A stretch of DNA of 64,000 nucleotides. It comes from Bdellovibrionales bacterium (GTDB lineage Bacteria; Bdellovibrionota; Bdellovibrionia; Bdellovibrionales; UBA1609). The position numbers and the translations under genes were made by a program. Numbering within the stretch: position 1 is the first letter of the stretch; the number at the start of each line of letters is the position of its first letter. The notes below the pieces were generated by a model. That model ran no database searches. It saw only the letters and a program-made list of their open reading frames with translations, and was not told where the DNA came from. The stretch spans positions 1,344,001-1,408,000 of the forward strand of contig OZ241329.1 in the NCBI GenBank assembly GCA_965199825.1, in the 5' to 3' direction. Positions 46,245 through 57,434 of this stretch are shown piece by piece.

Positions 46245-46571
46245 ATGAAATTTTTGGCAATATTCGCATTGATGGCCTTGAACTGTCACGCTGTCACTCT
46301 CAAGTCTGTTTCAATCCGGTATTACAACTGTTCCATATTTACGGTTTCAAAAAATTTAGGCAAGTGTGCGGTCTCGGTTGTGAGCGAAGGTAAGGAGATG
46401 GATCTGGTTGCAAGCCCTGAAGTGGCCGCCCCCTGGGGCAACAGCTACGGGGACATCACTTGTCGGCCTATGACTGATCTCAGTATGGAAATTGACGAAG
46501 CCAACGAAATCGTTAGCGTAAAGGATTTGCACGGGAAAACGATCTCAACCAAGTTTGATTATTCGCGCTGA
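46245..46571 (+). CDS. small secreted hypothetical protein
   Basis: AAGGAG RBS then MKFLAIFALMALNCHA signal peptide. Confidence 0.65.
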   Translation: MKFLAIFALMALNCHAVTLKSVSIRYYNCSIFTVSKNLGKCAVSVVSEGKEMDLVASPEVAAPWGNSYGDITCRPMTDLSMEIDEANEIVSVKDLHGKTISTKFDYSR

Positions 46572-46733
46572 GCGAGCCGGCATTGAGCTGGACCGATTAC
46601 CTTTTCGCTTAGGTTTTGAATAAATTATTTGAGCCTTCGGAAAATTGTCGGTCATACCGATGCCAAGACCCGTTAGCGTCGAGCAGAGCTAGTCCTTAGA
46701 ATTGCAAATTGGACCTCTCAACAGGAGAGGCCA

Positions 46734-47051
46734 ATGAGACAACCAAACATTCTCGATTTAGCCATTGATTTTAGTCTTGCTGCCAACCGAATCAAAATTC
46801 GGGGTCACCTCAAAGAAGAGCTCGACCGGGCGGCCTCATCGGTGACGATCGAGCTTGCCGAGAGCAATCTTAAAGGTTCACGGCGCGATAAGCTGGTCAT
46901 TTTTGATTCGGCTCTCAATCATTTGCGGGAGTGCCAAGAGATTTTTGGCCTGATCGAACTTGAAGACCCTAAGCTGTTGGCACAAACTGAAGTTTTGATC
47001 GGCCAACTGATGCATCTTATTGATCCTCCAGCCAAAGTTTCATTGAGTTGA
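46734..47051 (+). CDS. four-helix bundle protein (23S rRNA IVS / S23-like family)
   Basis: [19 protein letters not shown]...F..A...LRECQ pattern; AGGAGAGG RBS. Confidence 0.75.
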   Translation: MRQPNILDLAIDFSLAANRIKIRGHLKEELDRAASSVTIELAESNLKGSRRDKLVIFDSALNHLRECQEIFGLIELEDPKLLAQTEVLIGQLMHLIDPPAKVSLS

Positions 47052-48044
47052 TGAGTCGCAAGGAAGTGTAAAAGAAAATTCGCTTCCTTTGCCATTCAAC
47101 GACTTGACTTGCAATTTGCCGCCGTGGGCTTCGACCAAAGTTTTTGCGATATGGAGCCCAAGACCTAAACCACTTCTGTGTGTATCGCCGACTTGGGCGA
47201 ATCTCTCAAAGATGCGAGCCTGCTGATCTTTAGAAATACCGGGGCCATTATCCTTTACCGAAATTTTGATATGTTTTTTTCGTTGATGAGATGTCACGGT
47301 GATGGATCCTTGCTCGGGAGTAAACTTAATTGCATTGCTAATCAGATTTAATAGAACTTGAGCCACTCGGTCTCTATCACAATTGATGTCAACGACAACA
47401 GCCCGCTTGCACGTTTTGAACTTAATCTTTTTTGACACCGCGGTGTTTGTTAATCCCTCAACAACTTCAGAAATAAGGTCGTTCACGGAGCACGGCTTTC
47501 TCTGAAGTTGAATTTTGCCCTCGGCAATTCGCTCCATATCTAGGATGTCGTTGATCAGCCGCATGGCAAACTCGGCGTTACGTTTGATCATATCGACCCA
47601 GAGAATGTTGGTCTTAGCAGACTCTTTAAACGATTTGTCATTCTTAAGAATATTTGCACAAGACACTATTGTTCCAATTGGATTTCGCAAATCATGACTG
47701 ACGACCGCCACAAATTCTATTCGGCTGGTTAACGCCGACTTGGTGCTTTTGTGATCAGTTTGCTCTTGGTAAAGAAGTTGGGCCAAAGTTTGAGCATAGC
47801 TATCTGCAATTTCACGCTCATCCAAAAGATGTTTATCGGTCGCAATTCTTTCAAGGCTTAAAATTTTATTTAACAGCCGGTCATTTTTGAACCGTTCGGC
47901 TTTAAGGGTTGAAATTTCATGATCGCAATTATTTTGAAAATGTTTGTGACTGAATGAATCGTCTGCTTGAATTCGTTCGTGAGTCAGACTCTCATCTGTA
48001 CGTTGGCGCTCTTTTTTGATCGGAGTGATTTCAATATATTTCAC
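47040..48044 (-). CDS. histidine kinase with coiled-coil N-terminus (paralog of 28772-29974)
   Basis: [43 protein letters not shown]. Confidence 0.9.
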   Translation of the reverse strand: MKYIEITPIKKERQRTDESLTHERIQADDSFSHKHFQNNCDHEISTLKAERFKNDRLLNKILSLERIATDKHLLDEREIADSYAQTLAQLLYQEQTDHKSTKSALTSRIEFVAVVSHDLRNPIGTIVSCANILKNDKSFKESAKTNILWVDMIKRNAEFAMRLINDILDMERIAEGKIQLQRKPCSVNDLISEVVEGLTNTAVSKKIKFKTCKRAVVVDINCDRDRVAQVLLNLISNAIKFTPEQGSITVTSHQRKKHIKISVKDNGPGISKDQQARIFERFAQVGDTHRSGLGLGLHIAKTLVEAHGGKLQVKSLNGKGSEFSFTLPCDSSTQ

Positions 48045-48352
48045 GATCGGCTCCTATTGTGAATCTTAACCGGCCAAGCCTTAGCACACTCCAATCATCA
48101 GAAAGATCGAGATCATCGTATAAATCTGTTTATGACAAATTAAAGATGTGTTTGTTCGTGTTCATCAAAAGCATAACGGTTCACTCTTTCGTATTCATAA
48201 TTTTCTTGGCCGCGGCATCAGCCCACATGGCGCCTTCTTGTGGCAGAAATGTTGCTCTTCATTACTTTGGGTGAGGGGTAAATAGATAAAGTCGAACCAA
48301 TTCAATTTGGTGGCTATGCAGTGACGCTTTTGGGCCCACCCATGACTTTAAT

Positions 48353-49975
48353 ATGCGGGTGATGATTTTGAAAACTAAATTGATCTTATTGATTTTCGCG
48401 ATGTCAGGCGGGCTTGCCAACGCCCTTCAATTTCCAAAATTTGAACAATCACTTTTGGAACTTCAAGAAGTTTTGAAGCCGCATGTGGTGACACTTGATA
48501 GGAATTTAATTTTATTTCGTTACGAGGCCAAAGACCCCGAAAGATTTAATCCGCATAATGAACAAGACTTAATCAATCGAGTATCGCCTTGGTCGAAAAG
48601 ATTTTTTGATGAATCGATCGTCGGAAATCCTGACGGTGGAGGTCCAGGCCTTTATGCCTCTACCGATCCCACTGCCACGGCGACTTGGGGAATCACCACG
48701 CCAGGACTGTTTGTTTTAACTCTTCAAAAACAATCGAACGTCTTAATTGGTGATATGCCAGAGGTCTCTCAGGCCAACAAAAAACGACTTAGCGAAATTT
48801 ACAGCCAGATGAATTGCGGTAAAAATTCTTATCAAGACGGCAACGGCAGTGAGTTCTCACAAGTCGTGGTGCGCTTTCGCAATGCTGAAAATCCTGAGTG
48901 CCGCCGCCTGATGATCGAAGTCATCAGAAGATTAGAAATCAAAGCGATCACCTATTCTTTTTATTCTTCGCCTTTAGCAAATTGTCGGGCGACGGGCACC
49001 GCAATCAATATCGTATGGCCCGATGCGATGGCGCTGTCGGATATCAACTACTACTCTGACGACGTGACCATCGAAGGAAAAAAACAACTCACCCCATTTG
49101 TTAAAAAACTTTTTGATGAAGGCAAAACCTACTTCTTCACACAGACTGCAATGGCAAACGAAAGCATGCGCGACAGTCTTAAAAATGCTTTTGGTTTTTT
49201 TAATCATGTCGAAGCGATTGATGATATTTCTTACGAGCGTTGGAAGGCCCATCATATTTTAAGATGTGGCCCCAAATGGCCTACCGAACTTCCAGATTTG
49301 CGTGCGATCCTTAACCTTAACAGCAAGGCAAATGCTTCTGAAGAACTGCAGGACCTTTATATAACCACCGCACTGGCCTACAAGAAACGTAAATTTAATT
49401 TAATGGATCCGACAACACAACTGGCTGAAAGTGAATTTCATATCAGTAGAATGCGAAAGATAAAACATTTGCTCTATCAACAGATGCAAACGAGCCGCGT
49501 CCAGCTTTCTGAAAATCGTTTTAATAAACTTTTCGATCAAGAAAATATAAATTCCTTACAAAAAATGGCGGGGTTGCTCGGTGAGTCCTATCCAGTCATT
49601 CCAAAAGAATTCAACAGTCAGATGATGAAAGCCCTTGAGCAAGTCAACGAACGCGACTTGAGTCATCCTTTGCTCATTGCAACCCTCTTGCAAAAAGCTG
49701 GTATTGGACCTCGCATGCTGAAGCTTGTGTTTAATCAGAATCAGTTTCAGCAGGGTAACGTGCCTATTCTCGAAGGCGATATTCCGTCGAGAATGAATCA
49801 AGACGCGAGCGGTTTACTCCAACACAATCGAAAACTTATCGGTGGAATCCTGCGACAGTGTTTAAATATGTATTCCGATCCTACGATTTCCAATAAAGAA
49901 GTTTATGAAAGCCCATGCGGACTCTACAACACCACTTATCAGAAAAAGGTTTTAGGTCAAATCAGTGGAACTTGA
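48353..49975 (+). CDS. hypothetical secreted protein, possible ADP-ribosyltransferase-like N-terminal domain
   Basis: signal peptide; LFRY...GPGLYASTDPTATATWG...LFVLTL. Confidence 0.65.
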   Translation: MRVMILKTKLILLIFAMSGGLANALQFPKFEQSLLELQEVLKPHVVTLDRNLILFRYEAKDPERFNPHNEQDLINRVSPWSKRFFDESIVGNPDGGGPGLYASTDPTATATWGITTPGLFVLTLQKQSNVLIGDMPEVSQANKKRLSEIYSQMNCGKNSYQDGNGSEFSQVVVRFRNAENPECRRLMIEVIRRLEIKAITYSFYSSPLANCRATGTAINIVWPDAMALSDINYYSDDVTIEGKKQLTPFVKKLFDEGKTYFFTQTAMANESMRDSLKNAFGFFNHVEAIDDISYERWKAHHILRCGPKWPTELPDLRAILNLNSKANASEELQDLYITTALAYKKRKFNLMDPTTQLAESEFHISRMRKIKHLLYQQMQTSRVQLSENRFNKLFDQENINSLQKMAGLLGESYPVIPKEFNSQMMKALEQVNERDLSHPLLIATLLQKAGIGPRMLKLVFNQNQFQQGNVPILEGDIPSRMNQDASGLLQHNRKLIGGILRQCLNMYSDPTISNKEVYESPCGLYNTTYQKKVLGQISGT

Positions 49976-50156
49976 GCGACTCAAAAAATTTACCTGTCCT
50001 TATTGTAATGAGCGGATCTCGATGCTGCTCGATTTGTCTGAAAATGGCGTACAAACTTATATTGAAGATTGCGAAGTGTGCTGTCAGCCAATCCAAATCC
50101 AATTCGAAATTCATGATCATAAATTGATTAAGTTTAGCTCGCATGCGGCTCAGTGA
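49965..50156 (+). CDS. CPXCG-motif cysteine-rich protein
   Basis: CPYCNE...LDLS...QTYIEDCEVCCQPI. Confidence 0.88.
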   Translation: MELERLKKFTCPYCNERISMLLDLSENGVQTYIEDCEVCCQPIQIQFEIHDHKLIKFSSHAAQ

Positions 50157-50158
50157 TG

Positions 50159-50689
50159 TTAAAATCCAAAATGGTTCGATTCACTCGGAATCGCTAGTGG
50201 AGTAAAAACTTGGGCAGCGACCGCTTGAGTTAAATGATTCAAATGCCAATGATAATAACCATTGGGAGTCACAAAAATCTGTCCCGGCCTTAGCCATGTG
50301 CCGATCCATTGATGAGTAAATCCCCACGCCAGTTTTCCGCTCTGAGGTGCATCTTGAGAAACCGGAACTCCATAAAAAGTCATAAGATTATTTTTGCCAA
50401 TGGAGTTGACGATAATCTCGCCGGTCGCTCCGATAAAATGGGGACCTGTTCCGGATACGACTCCTTCTTGTTCTTCAATATCTAAAACTCGTGGATCTTT
50501 TGCGAGGTAAACATTTTTAAATGGTAATCCCAGTCGATACCTTGTCCATACTCCTCCGGTGGCTGTGAGGATTCGAGTTTGATTTTCGAGCAAATAAGAT
50601 CCATGCACGCATTGCGAGCGTTCGGTACGTGAAATAAATTGATGAGATCTGCCCAGCTCAACGAACAAGATGCGATCCAATTCTACCAT
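50159..50689 (-). CDS. hypothetical protein
   Basis: 176 aa ORF filling an intergenic gap. Confidence 0.55.
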   Translation of the reverse strand: MVELDRILFVELGRSHQFISRTERSQCVHGSYLLENQTRILTATGGVWTRYRLGLPFKNVYLAKDPRVLDIEEQEGVVSGTGPHFIGATGEIIVNSIGKNNLMTFYGVPVSQDAPQSGKLAWGFTHQWIGTWLRPGQIFVTPNGYYHWHLNHLTQAVAAQVFTPLAIPSESNHFGF

Positions 50690-50893
50690 CGCTCACAATT
50701 TTGACTCCCTACTTGGAATTCAATTCGTCTAGGTCCAAATTATTTGAACGCATTAAAAATTGGCTCGATCCTATGTGTCGTGATCTGTTTGAGAGCTTCG
50801 CTTTAACTCAATCAATTTTATGTGTTCGGTTAAACCCAAAATTTGCTGCCTGTCTTAATTTTTTATTGACTACATGAACAGCTTTTCGAACTG

Positions 50894-53800
50894 TTGACCC
50901 TAATAAGTACTAGCCAGTATAACCTTGAAAAAATTAAAAAGGATTTAATCATTACTCCGACAGTTTCGATCGATGAAGAATTAAGGCTACTGGCGCTCAA
51001 AAGCTTTAAAATTCTAGATACTTTGCCAGAGGCAATTTATGACAACCTCACTCGGCTCGCTTGTGAAACGTGTGGAACACCAGTCGCATTGGTTTCATTG
51101 GTCGATAAAAATCGCCAGTGGTTTAAATCTAAACTTGGATTTGATACCCCAGAAACTTCGAGAGAGATCTCTTTTTGTGCGCATGCGATAAACCAGCAAG
51201 GCATTTTCGAAATTGAAAATGCTCTAGAGGACGAGCGATTCATTAACAATCCTCTCGTCATCTCAGATCCAGGGGTTATCTTTTATGCTGGTGCGCCGTT
51301 AGAAACTTCTGAGGGTCATAAGATCGGCACTCTCTGCGTAATCGATCATAAGCCAAAAAAATTGAGCGAAAGCCAAAAGAAAATTTTGACACTGCTTGCA
51401 GATCAAGTGGTGTCATTGATCGAGTTAACGGGTGCATCCAACACCCTTGTCGAAACTGGGCGTCGCGAACGCGAAATTATGACAGAATCTAAACTCAACC
51501 AAGCTTATTTAAAGACGACGTTGATGTCGATTGGCGATGCGGTTATCGGCACCTCAGCCGGTCCGGATCCGCAAATTTTATTTTTAAATTCAGTGGCAGA
51601 AAATTTGACTGGATGGACTCTTTCAGAAGCACTTGGTCGAAACGTTCACGATGTATTCAAAATTATCAACGTCAACACACGGGAAAGCGCATTTGATCCA
51701 GTTTCTAAAGTACTCAAAGATGGAAAAGTGAGTGAGCTTGCAAATCACACCGCGCTCATTTCTCGATCCGGATGTGAATATATTATCGAAGATAGTGCCG
51801 CCCCGATTATTGATGAAAGTGGAAAGATACTCGGAGTTGTTTTGGTTTTTAGAGATGTCACCGAAAAGGATGCTTTGAGACAACGATCCGAACTTTTGAA
51901 TGCGGTGATTGAGAATAGCAAAGATTTTATCGGCATTGCCAAGCCCGATGGAAAAGCTTTTTATGTCAATCCAGCTGGTCGAAGTCTTGTTGGTCTTGAA
52001 TCTCTAGGGGATGCAACCCAAACCCAGATCCTTGATTACTTTGCCCCATCGGAACGATCACGTGTCACACAAAAATTAATTCCTGAAATTATCAATCACG
52101 GTTTTTGGGATGGTCGAACACTTTTCAAACATTTTGTTACGGGCGAAGAAATTCCTTTTTCATGGAATGCCTTTAGTATCCCAAATATAGAAACTGGCAA
52201 TGTCTCAGCGATTGCCTGTGTGTCACGGGATCTTCGTAGCCAAGAACGGCGTGAGAAGGCGATGACTCAGGTAAACCGAGCTGTCGATCTTGAGCGCAAT
52301 AAGTTTGCTGCGATGTTTGATGTTTCGCCAATTGGACTTGCTTTGGTTGTAGGAAATGATTTGCGTTTCGAAATGGTCAATCGCAAATTTATCGAGCTCG
52401 TTAGCCCTCGTTCTTATGTCGGCCGCACCTGGTCTGAAGTTTATGACGAATTACCGAATTCCGAATTGATCGCTATTATACAAAATACACTTCTCACCGG
52501 AAATTCATACCAAGCTAATGAGATGCCTCTTGAGGTACGCGGTGATTCAGATTTGATCGAAAAGCGCTACTACGATTTTACTTATAGCCGGATATTGGAT
52601 TCAGATCACTTCCCCTACTGCGTTGTGATTCAGTGCTTAGACGTCACCGCAAGAGTGAGAGCGCGCAAAGAGATGGAGCAAAATCAGCTTAAACTTAAAG
52701 AAAGCGAAGACAATCTCTCAGCAGCGGTTGAAGTTGCCAAAGTTGGATTTTACACTTGGGATATATCCAATGATCATTTGGTTTTTTCTAAACAGATGCA
52801 AGCGGACTGGGGCATTGGTGCTGATTTTAGTTTGGCTGATGCAGTCAAGATCATCATACCAGAGGATCAACAGCGAGTGAGCGAAGCGATCAATCAAACT
52901 CTTACGATTGGTGCACCCTACAATATTCAGTATCGCATTAAGAGGCCAAGTGATGGACATGTCATCTGGGTCGAGGTTAGTGGAACGGTTTCTTATGACG
53001 ACATAAAAAAGCCGGTGCGATTTTTTGGAACATCTATCGATATCAGTTCACGAAAAGCGCAAGAGGCAAAACTCGAAGCGATTGCCAATTCCATTCCCCA
53101 GATGGCTTGGACCGCAGATTCTTTTGGGGCTCGAACATGGTTTAACGATCAATGGTTTAAATATTCCGGTGTAAAAATGGAAAATGTTAAAGGATGGGGG
53201 TGGCTCTCTCTCCAACATCCTGACGAAGTGAATCGTGTCGAGAAAAAGTACAGAAAACATATGCAGTCTGGTCTTCCTTGGGAAGATACATACCCCATTC
53301 GCTCGGCAACGGGTGAGTACCGTTGGTTTTTATCAAAGGCAAATCCAATCCGCGATGACAAAGGTGCGGTGGTGCGTTGGTTTGGGACTAACACCGATGT
53401 CACCGCTCAACGTCAGGCCGAACTTCAACTGACGCGTCTGGCATCGGTGATTGAAAGCAGCAGTGATTTTATTGCGATGACCGACGAAAAACTCAAACCG
53501 ATTTTCATCAACCGTGCTGGCCGCGAAATGACTGGATTTGGTGATCAAGAAGTTTCGCAAATGAGCGTGCCCGAATTCTTTGCTGACGACGAGCAAAACC
53601 TTATAAGTGATATTGTTTTACCAACACTGCTGCGCGACGGATTATGGCAGGGAGAGCTTCATTTCAAAAATTTTAAGACCGGCGCTCTAATTCCTGTGCT
53701 CTATAATCTTTTTGCGCTAAAAGACCCTGCAACACAGTCGATCTTTGGATACGCAACAGTGGCGCGCGATACGTCGGAGCGAAGGCGTTTCGAAAATCAT

Positions 53801-54955
53801 CTGTTGCGAGCTCGCCAGGATGCAGAAAATGCGAATGCGGCAAAGAGTACGTTTTTAGCAAACATGAGTCATGAGATTCGGTCTCCTCTCGGCGCAATCA
53901 TGGGATTTGCCGAGCTGATCAAACAACCAGGTTTGGCAAACACCGAAATGATCAACTATGCATCGGTCATCGAGCGCAACTCGCATCATCTGCTGCGAAT
54001 TATCGACGACATTCTTGACCTCTCAAAGGTCGAGGCAGGAAAGATGCTGATCGAGAATATTGATTTTTCAATCTCAGATCTGCTTGCCGATTTTTCTTCT
54101 CTCATGGCTTTTCGTGCACGAGAAAAAGCGATCGATTTTGAATTGCAAACACCCTCGATGCTTCCCTCAATTATCAAGGCCGATCCCACTCGCATTCGTC
54201 AGATTTTGATGAATATCGTTGGCAATGCGATTAAGTTTACCACCAAGGGACATGTCCAACTCGAAGTTGAACTTTCGGCAAATATGATGACCTTTACCGT
54301 AAGCGATACAGGAAGTGGTTTATCGGCAGAGCAAGCCTCACAGTTGTTTCAGCCATTTCATCAAGCCGATGTGTCGACAACCAGAAAATTTGGTGGGACA
54401 GGACTTGGATTAGTTTTGACTCGTCGTTTGACCGAAGCCATGGGCGGAAGTTTTATCCTCGTCAACTCAGCGCCAGGATCTGGCAGCGTATTCAAAGCCG
54501 CAATTCAGGTCGTAGTGCCCGACAAAGCAACTCCACTTTTTTTAAAAAAGGTAAAACAAAAATCAACGCTCATCAAAGAGATCCCTTTCAATTTTGCTGG
54601 CCGAAGAGTTCTTTTGATCGAAGACTCCCCAGACAATCAAGTTTTAATCAGTCTGATTCTGTCGAAGGTTGGAATTTTGGTTGAAATTGCAAGCGATGGC
54701 TATGACGGTGTGAATGCCGCAGCCTCAAACAATTTTGATCTTGTTTTGTGCGATGTCCAAATGCCAAGAATGGATGGGCATCAAACCGTTCGCGAACTTC
54801 GATCACGTGGTTTTGATAAACCAATTATTGCACTCACTGCGCACGCAATGAAAGAAGAACGAGATAAAGCCAAGGCTTCAGGATTCGATGATTACTTGAC
54901 TAAGCCGATCAATCGGGCTGCTTTGATTGAGACACTTATTCGTTTTTTTAAATAA
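50894..54955 (+). CDS. GAF + multi-PAS hybrid histidine kinase/response regulator
   Basis: GAF (LVSLVD..RQWFKS, SFCAHAI, FYAGAPL, GTLCVID), ~6 [19 protein letters not shown]; exact start uncertain. Confidence 0.93.
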   Translation: MTLISTSQYNLEKIKKDLIITPTVSIDEELRLLALKSFKILDTLPEAIYDNLTRLACETCGTPVALVSLVDKNRQWFKSKLGFDTPETSREISFCAHAINQQGIFEIENALEDERFINNPLVISDPGVIFYAGAPLETSEGHKIGTLCVIDHKPKKLSESQKKILTLLADQVVSLIELTGASNTLVETGRREREIMTESKLNQAYLKTTLMSIGDAVIGTSAGPDPQILFLNSVAENLTGWTLSEALGRNVHDVFKIINVNTRESAFDPVSKVLKDGKVSELANHTALISRSGCEYIIEDSAAPIIDESGKILGVVLVFRDVTEKDALRQRSELLNAVIENSKDFIGIAKPDGKAFYVNPAGRSLVGLESLGDATQTQILDYFAPSERSRVTQKLIPEIINHGFWDGRTLFKHFVTGEEIPFSWNAFSIPNIETGNVSAIACVSRDLRSQERREKAMTQVNRAVDLERNKFAAMFDVSPIGLALVVGNDLRFEMVNRKFIELVSPRSYVGRTWSEVYDELPNSELIAIIQNTLLTGNSYQANEMPLEVRGDSDLIEKRYYDFTYSRILDSDHFPYCVVIQCLDVTARVRARKEMEQNQLKLKESEDNLSAAVEVAKVGFYTWDISNDHLVFSKQMQADWGIGADFSLADAVKIIIPEDQQRVSEAINQTLTIGAPYNIQYRIKRPSDGHVIWVEVSGTVSYDDIKKPVRFFGTSIDISSRKAQEAKLEAIANSIPQMAWTADSFGARTWFNDQWFKYSGVKMENVKGWGWLSLQHPDEVNRVEKKYRKHMQSGLPWEDTYPIRSATGEYRWFLSKANPIRDDKGAVVRWFGTNTDVTAQRQAELQLTRLASVIESSSDFIAMTDEKLKPIFINRAGREMTGFGDQEVSQMSVPEFFADDEQNLISDIVLPTLLRDGLWQGELHFKNFKTGALIPVLYNLFALKDPATQSIFGYATVARDTSERRRFENHLLRARQDAENANAAKSTFLANMSHEIRSPLGAIMGFAELIKQPGLANTEMINYASVIERNSHHLLRIIDDILDLSKVEAGKMLIENIDFSISDLLADFSSLMAFRAREKAIDFELQTPSMLPSIIKADPTRIRQILMNIVGNAIKFTTKGHVQLEVELSANMMTFTVSDTGSGLSAEQASQLFQPFHQADVSTTRKFGGTGLGLVLTRRLTEAMGGSFILVNSAPGSGSVFKAAIQVVVPDKATPLFLKKVKQKSTLIKEIPFNFAGRRVLLIEDSPDNQVLISLILSKVGILVEIASDGYDGVNAAASNNFDLVLCDVQMPRMDGHQTVRELRSRGFDKPIIALTAHAMKEERDKAKASGFDDYLTKPINRAALIETLIRFFK

Positions 54956-54990
54956 CGCCGGACTCACGCTATTGCGCTCAAAGGAGCAAA

Positions 54991-55932
54991 ATGTTTTTAG
55001 ATCCCTACACCGAAAAAGTTTTTGATAAGCTGAATTCGATGCGCGATATCGCAGCCGAAATGACTCCCAATGTGATTCTCGCTCTGGTTGTATTCGGATT
55101 TATTTTTTTCATCAGTAAGGTGATTAAAAAATCGATTGTGTCGGTGCTCAGCAAGTCGAAAGAACATCGGAATTTAGCCAAAGTGCTGTCACGGGTTGCG
55201 TCGATAACTATCAACTTATTCGGTGTTTTAGTTGCGGCCGGAATCGCATTTCCATCGGTCACGCCAGCAAGTCTTTTTAGTCTTCTTGGAATCGGTGGGG
55301 TAGCTATTGGTTTTGCTTTTAAAGATGTATTTCAAAACTTTTTGGCCGGCATTCTTATTTTGCTCTTAAATTCATTTAAGATTGGCGACCAAATTGAGGT
55401 GGAGGGCCTCGAGGGCACTGTGGAAGATATCGAAATTAGAGCAACCGTCATTCGCACTTACGACAATCGAAAAGTGATTATACCCAACTCCACATTGTTT
55501 ACAAACAAAGTGATCGTCAATACCGCCTACGACACGCGACGAGTTTCTGTATTTATTGGAATCGGCTACGGCGACGATATCCTTCAAGCAAAAAAGATTA
55601 TTTTAGATAAAGTTTCTCAGATTAGCGGAATTTTAAATGATCCAACTCCATATGTTTTGGTTATTGCTTATGGCGGAAGTTCAGTAGATTTAGAAATTCG
55701 ATTTTGGCTCTCGCCACCACGAAAGCTCGACATCGTTCAAATGCGAGATGCTGTACTCGAAGTTTTAAAATCGGCGCTGTTTGATGCCGGAATTGATTTG
55801 CCTTATCCTACCCAACAAATTCTTTTTCACGACCAAACCGAAGAGACCGATGGCGATCGCAAAACCCAAAGGGAAGGCTATCCCTCGAGGGGAGACAAAG
55901 ATCCAAGATCGCGGTTTCAGGCTCGGACATAA
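54991..55932 (+). CDS. mscS: small-conductance mechanosensitive channel
   Basis: GIGGVAIGFAFKDVFQNFLAG, IGDQI...EGTVEDI..R.T, IPNS, GIDLPYP. Confidence 0.9.
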   Translation: MFLDPYTEKVFDKLNSMRDIAAEMTPNVILALVVFGFIFFISKVIKKSIVSVLSKSKEHRNLAKVLSRVASITINLFGVLVAAGIAFPSVTPASLFSLLGIGGVAIGFAFKDVFQNFLAGILILLLNSFKIGDQIEVEGLEGTVEDIEIRATVIRTYDNRKVIIPNSTLFTNKVIVNTAYDTRRVSVFIGIGYGDDILQAKKIILDKVSQISGILNDPTPYVLVIAYGGSSVDLEIRFWLSPPRKLDIVQMRDAVLEVLKSALFDAGIDLPYPTQQILFHDQTEETDGDRKTQREGYPSRGDKDPRSRFQART

Positions 55933-55949
55933 ATTTTGTAGCCCGATCA

Positions 55950-56556
55950 AATATTTTATTTGTACCTCGATGGTAAGATCATCCCGATCGCCCAGCGTCG
56001 ATCGCCAAAATCCACTCAAGATTGGGAAATCGAAGCTGATGGCGTTTGTTAAATGAGATAAATTTAATTTAAAAAATGTAGCGATCACAAGCATTGGGTG
56101 CAGAACGACTTGATTCAGCCGAATAGCTTTTCTGATAAATTCGGCGCTCTTGCGTATGCGAAATGGATTGAAGCAGATTTCAAAAGACCCTCAGGATGAG
56201 TGAGACAATTGTTGGACGGGGCCGGCAAGCTGTCGTCGCTTCAAGATTTTGAGAAAATGACTCCAAGATTTCAAATTTGGACTCTGATGAAATATCTAGG
56301 ATCGAATGTCACTTGGACTAAAGCAGCAATGCTGAGTGAGACAGGATTCTTACCAAAAATTGTAAAGTTAGATGGAAATGGAGATGGAGATTTTGCGCAT
56401 GCTTGGCTAGAAGTGCCGATCCGTTTGGGGGGTGGTGAAACAGAAACATTGATCGTAGATCCCAGTAACGGAAGATACATCTTGAACTACAATTCTGTGT
56501 TGGCAATCGCTCCAATCCACAAAAGTTCATACGAAAAAAATATGTTAATCCGTTGA
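55950..56556 (+). pseudogene. decayed gene with transglutaminase-like C-terminal motif
   Basis: HAWLEV...IVDPS in ORF 56200-56556; the same frame continues upstream as protein-like sequence through TGA 56197-56199 and several TAA near 56050-56070. Confidence 0.45.
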
Positions 56557-57108
56557 GAGAATACCTGATCCTGCAGGCTGAGCCGCTACCAACTCATACC
56601 GAAACGAATCACGAACATATCCTTTAACTTCGGTTACCCCTTTGGTCCTACCCACATTTGTCATGCCTAATTTTTCCATAACTTTGAAAGAGGCGGTATT
56701 GCGAGTATCGCAAGTGGCGTAAATCACTGCGAGCTTTAATTTTTCAAATCCAAAATCGATCAAAGCTTTCGCAGCTTCGGTTGCATAACCTTGTTTTTGA
56801 AAATCTGGATGGATCGCCCAACCAATATTCGCAATGGAACTCGTTTGAGTTTCTCGGCGAATTCCGCATCCACCAATCAGCAAATCATTTTTATTTAAAC
56901 AAATAGCAAATTCAAATTTATAGCGTGGGTTCGATGGCTTTGTGACATCCGCAATAAATTTGTGAGTGTCCTCAGGCGAGTTTGGTCCCCACTCCTGGTA
57001 TTTCGAAAAATCAGGATCAGCGCAATAGCTGTGCACGCGCTCCCAATCTTGTGGCTTGTAGGCTCGAAGTTTTAGGCGCTCCGTCGTGAGCTCTATTTCT
57101 TGTTCCAT
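56545..57108 (-). CDS. GNAT acetyltransferase (RimJ/RimL family)
   Basis: TERLKLR, IGW...QKQGYATEAA, NTASFKVMEKLGM. Confidence 0.92.
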   Translation of the reverse strand: MEQEIELTTERLKLRAYKPQDWERVHSYCADPDFSKYQEWGPNSPEDTHKFIADVTKPSNPRYKFEFAICLNKNDLLIGGCGIRRETQTSSIANIGWAIHPDFQKQGYATEAAKALIDFGFEKLKLAVIYATCDTRNTASFKVMEKLGMTNVGRTKGVTEVKGYVRDSFRYELVAAQPAGSGILSTD

Positions 57109-57221
57109 CGCCTAGGGCGCACTCCAATTTTTAATTGAATTTTGAGATCGAGTCGGAATTGACGATCGCAGTTTTACAATTCCCTGTATGATCTTGTCTT
57201 CGCATTCATTTTTTTGACCCG

Positions 57222-57434
57222 TCATGCTTGCGAGCATTCCATCTCGGATGCCAGACAAAGCATCGCGTAAAAGATCTGTTTGTTTGCATCTCCCGCCAAA
57301 TTTATCTCTTTAACATTCTCACAATTGGATTCGGCATATTTTTGAATATGAAAAATATATTGATCTAGAGTCGCTTTGTTAAAATCGGCGAGAGCCGGTA
57401 AACAAAAAATTAGAAATACGTAATAGGTTTTCAT
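57222..57434 (-). CDS. small hypothetical secreted protein (possibly truncated)
   Basis: 70 aa with signal-like N-terminus. Confidence 0.4.
   Translation of the reverse strand: MKTYYVFLIFCLPALADFNKATLDQYIFHIQKYAESNCENVKEINLAGDANKQIFYAMLCLASEMECSQA

Noticed and set aside
46734..47051. Avd of a diversity-generating retroelement, or an rRNA intervening sequence
   Set aside because: No reverse transcriptase, TR/VR pair or rRNA nearby; stand-alone four-helix-bundle genes are common.
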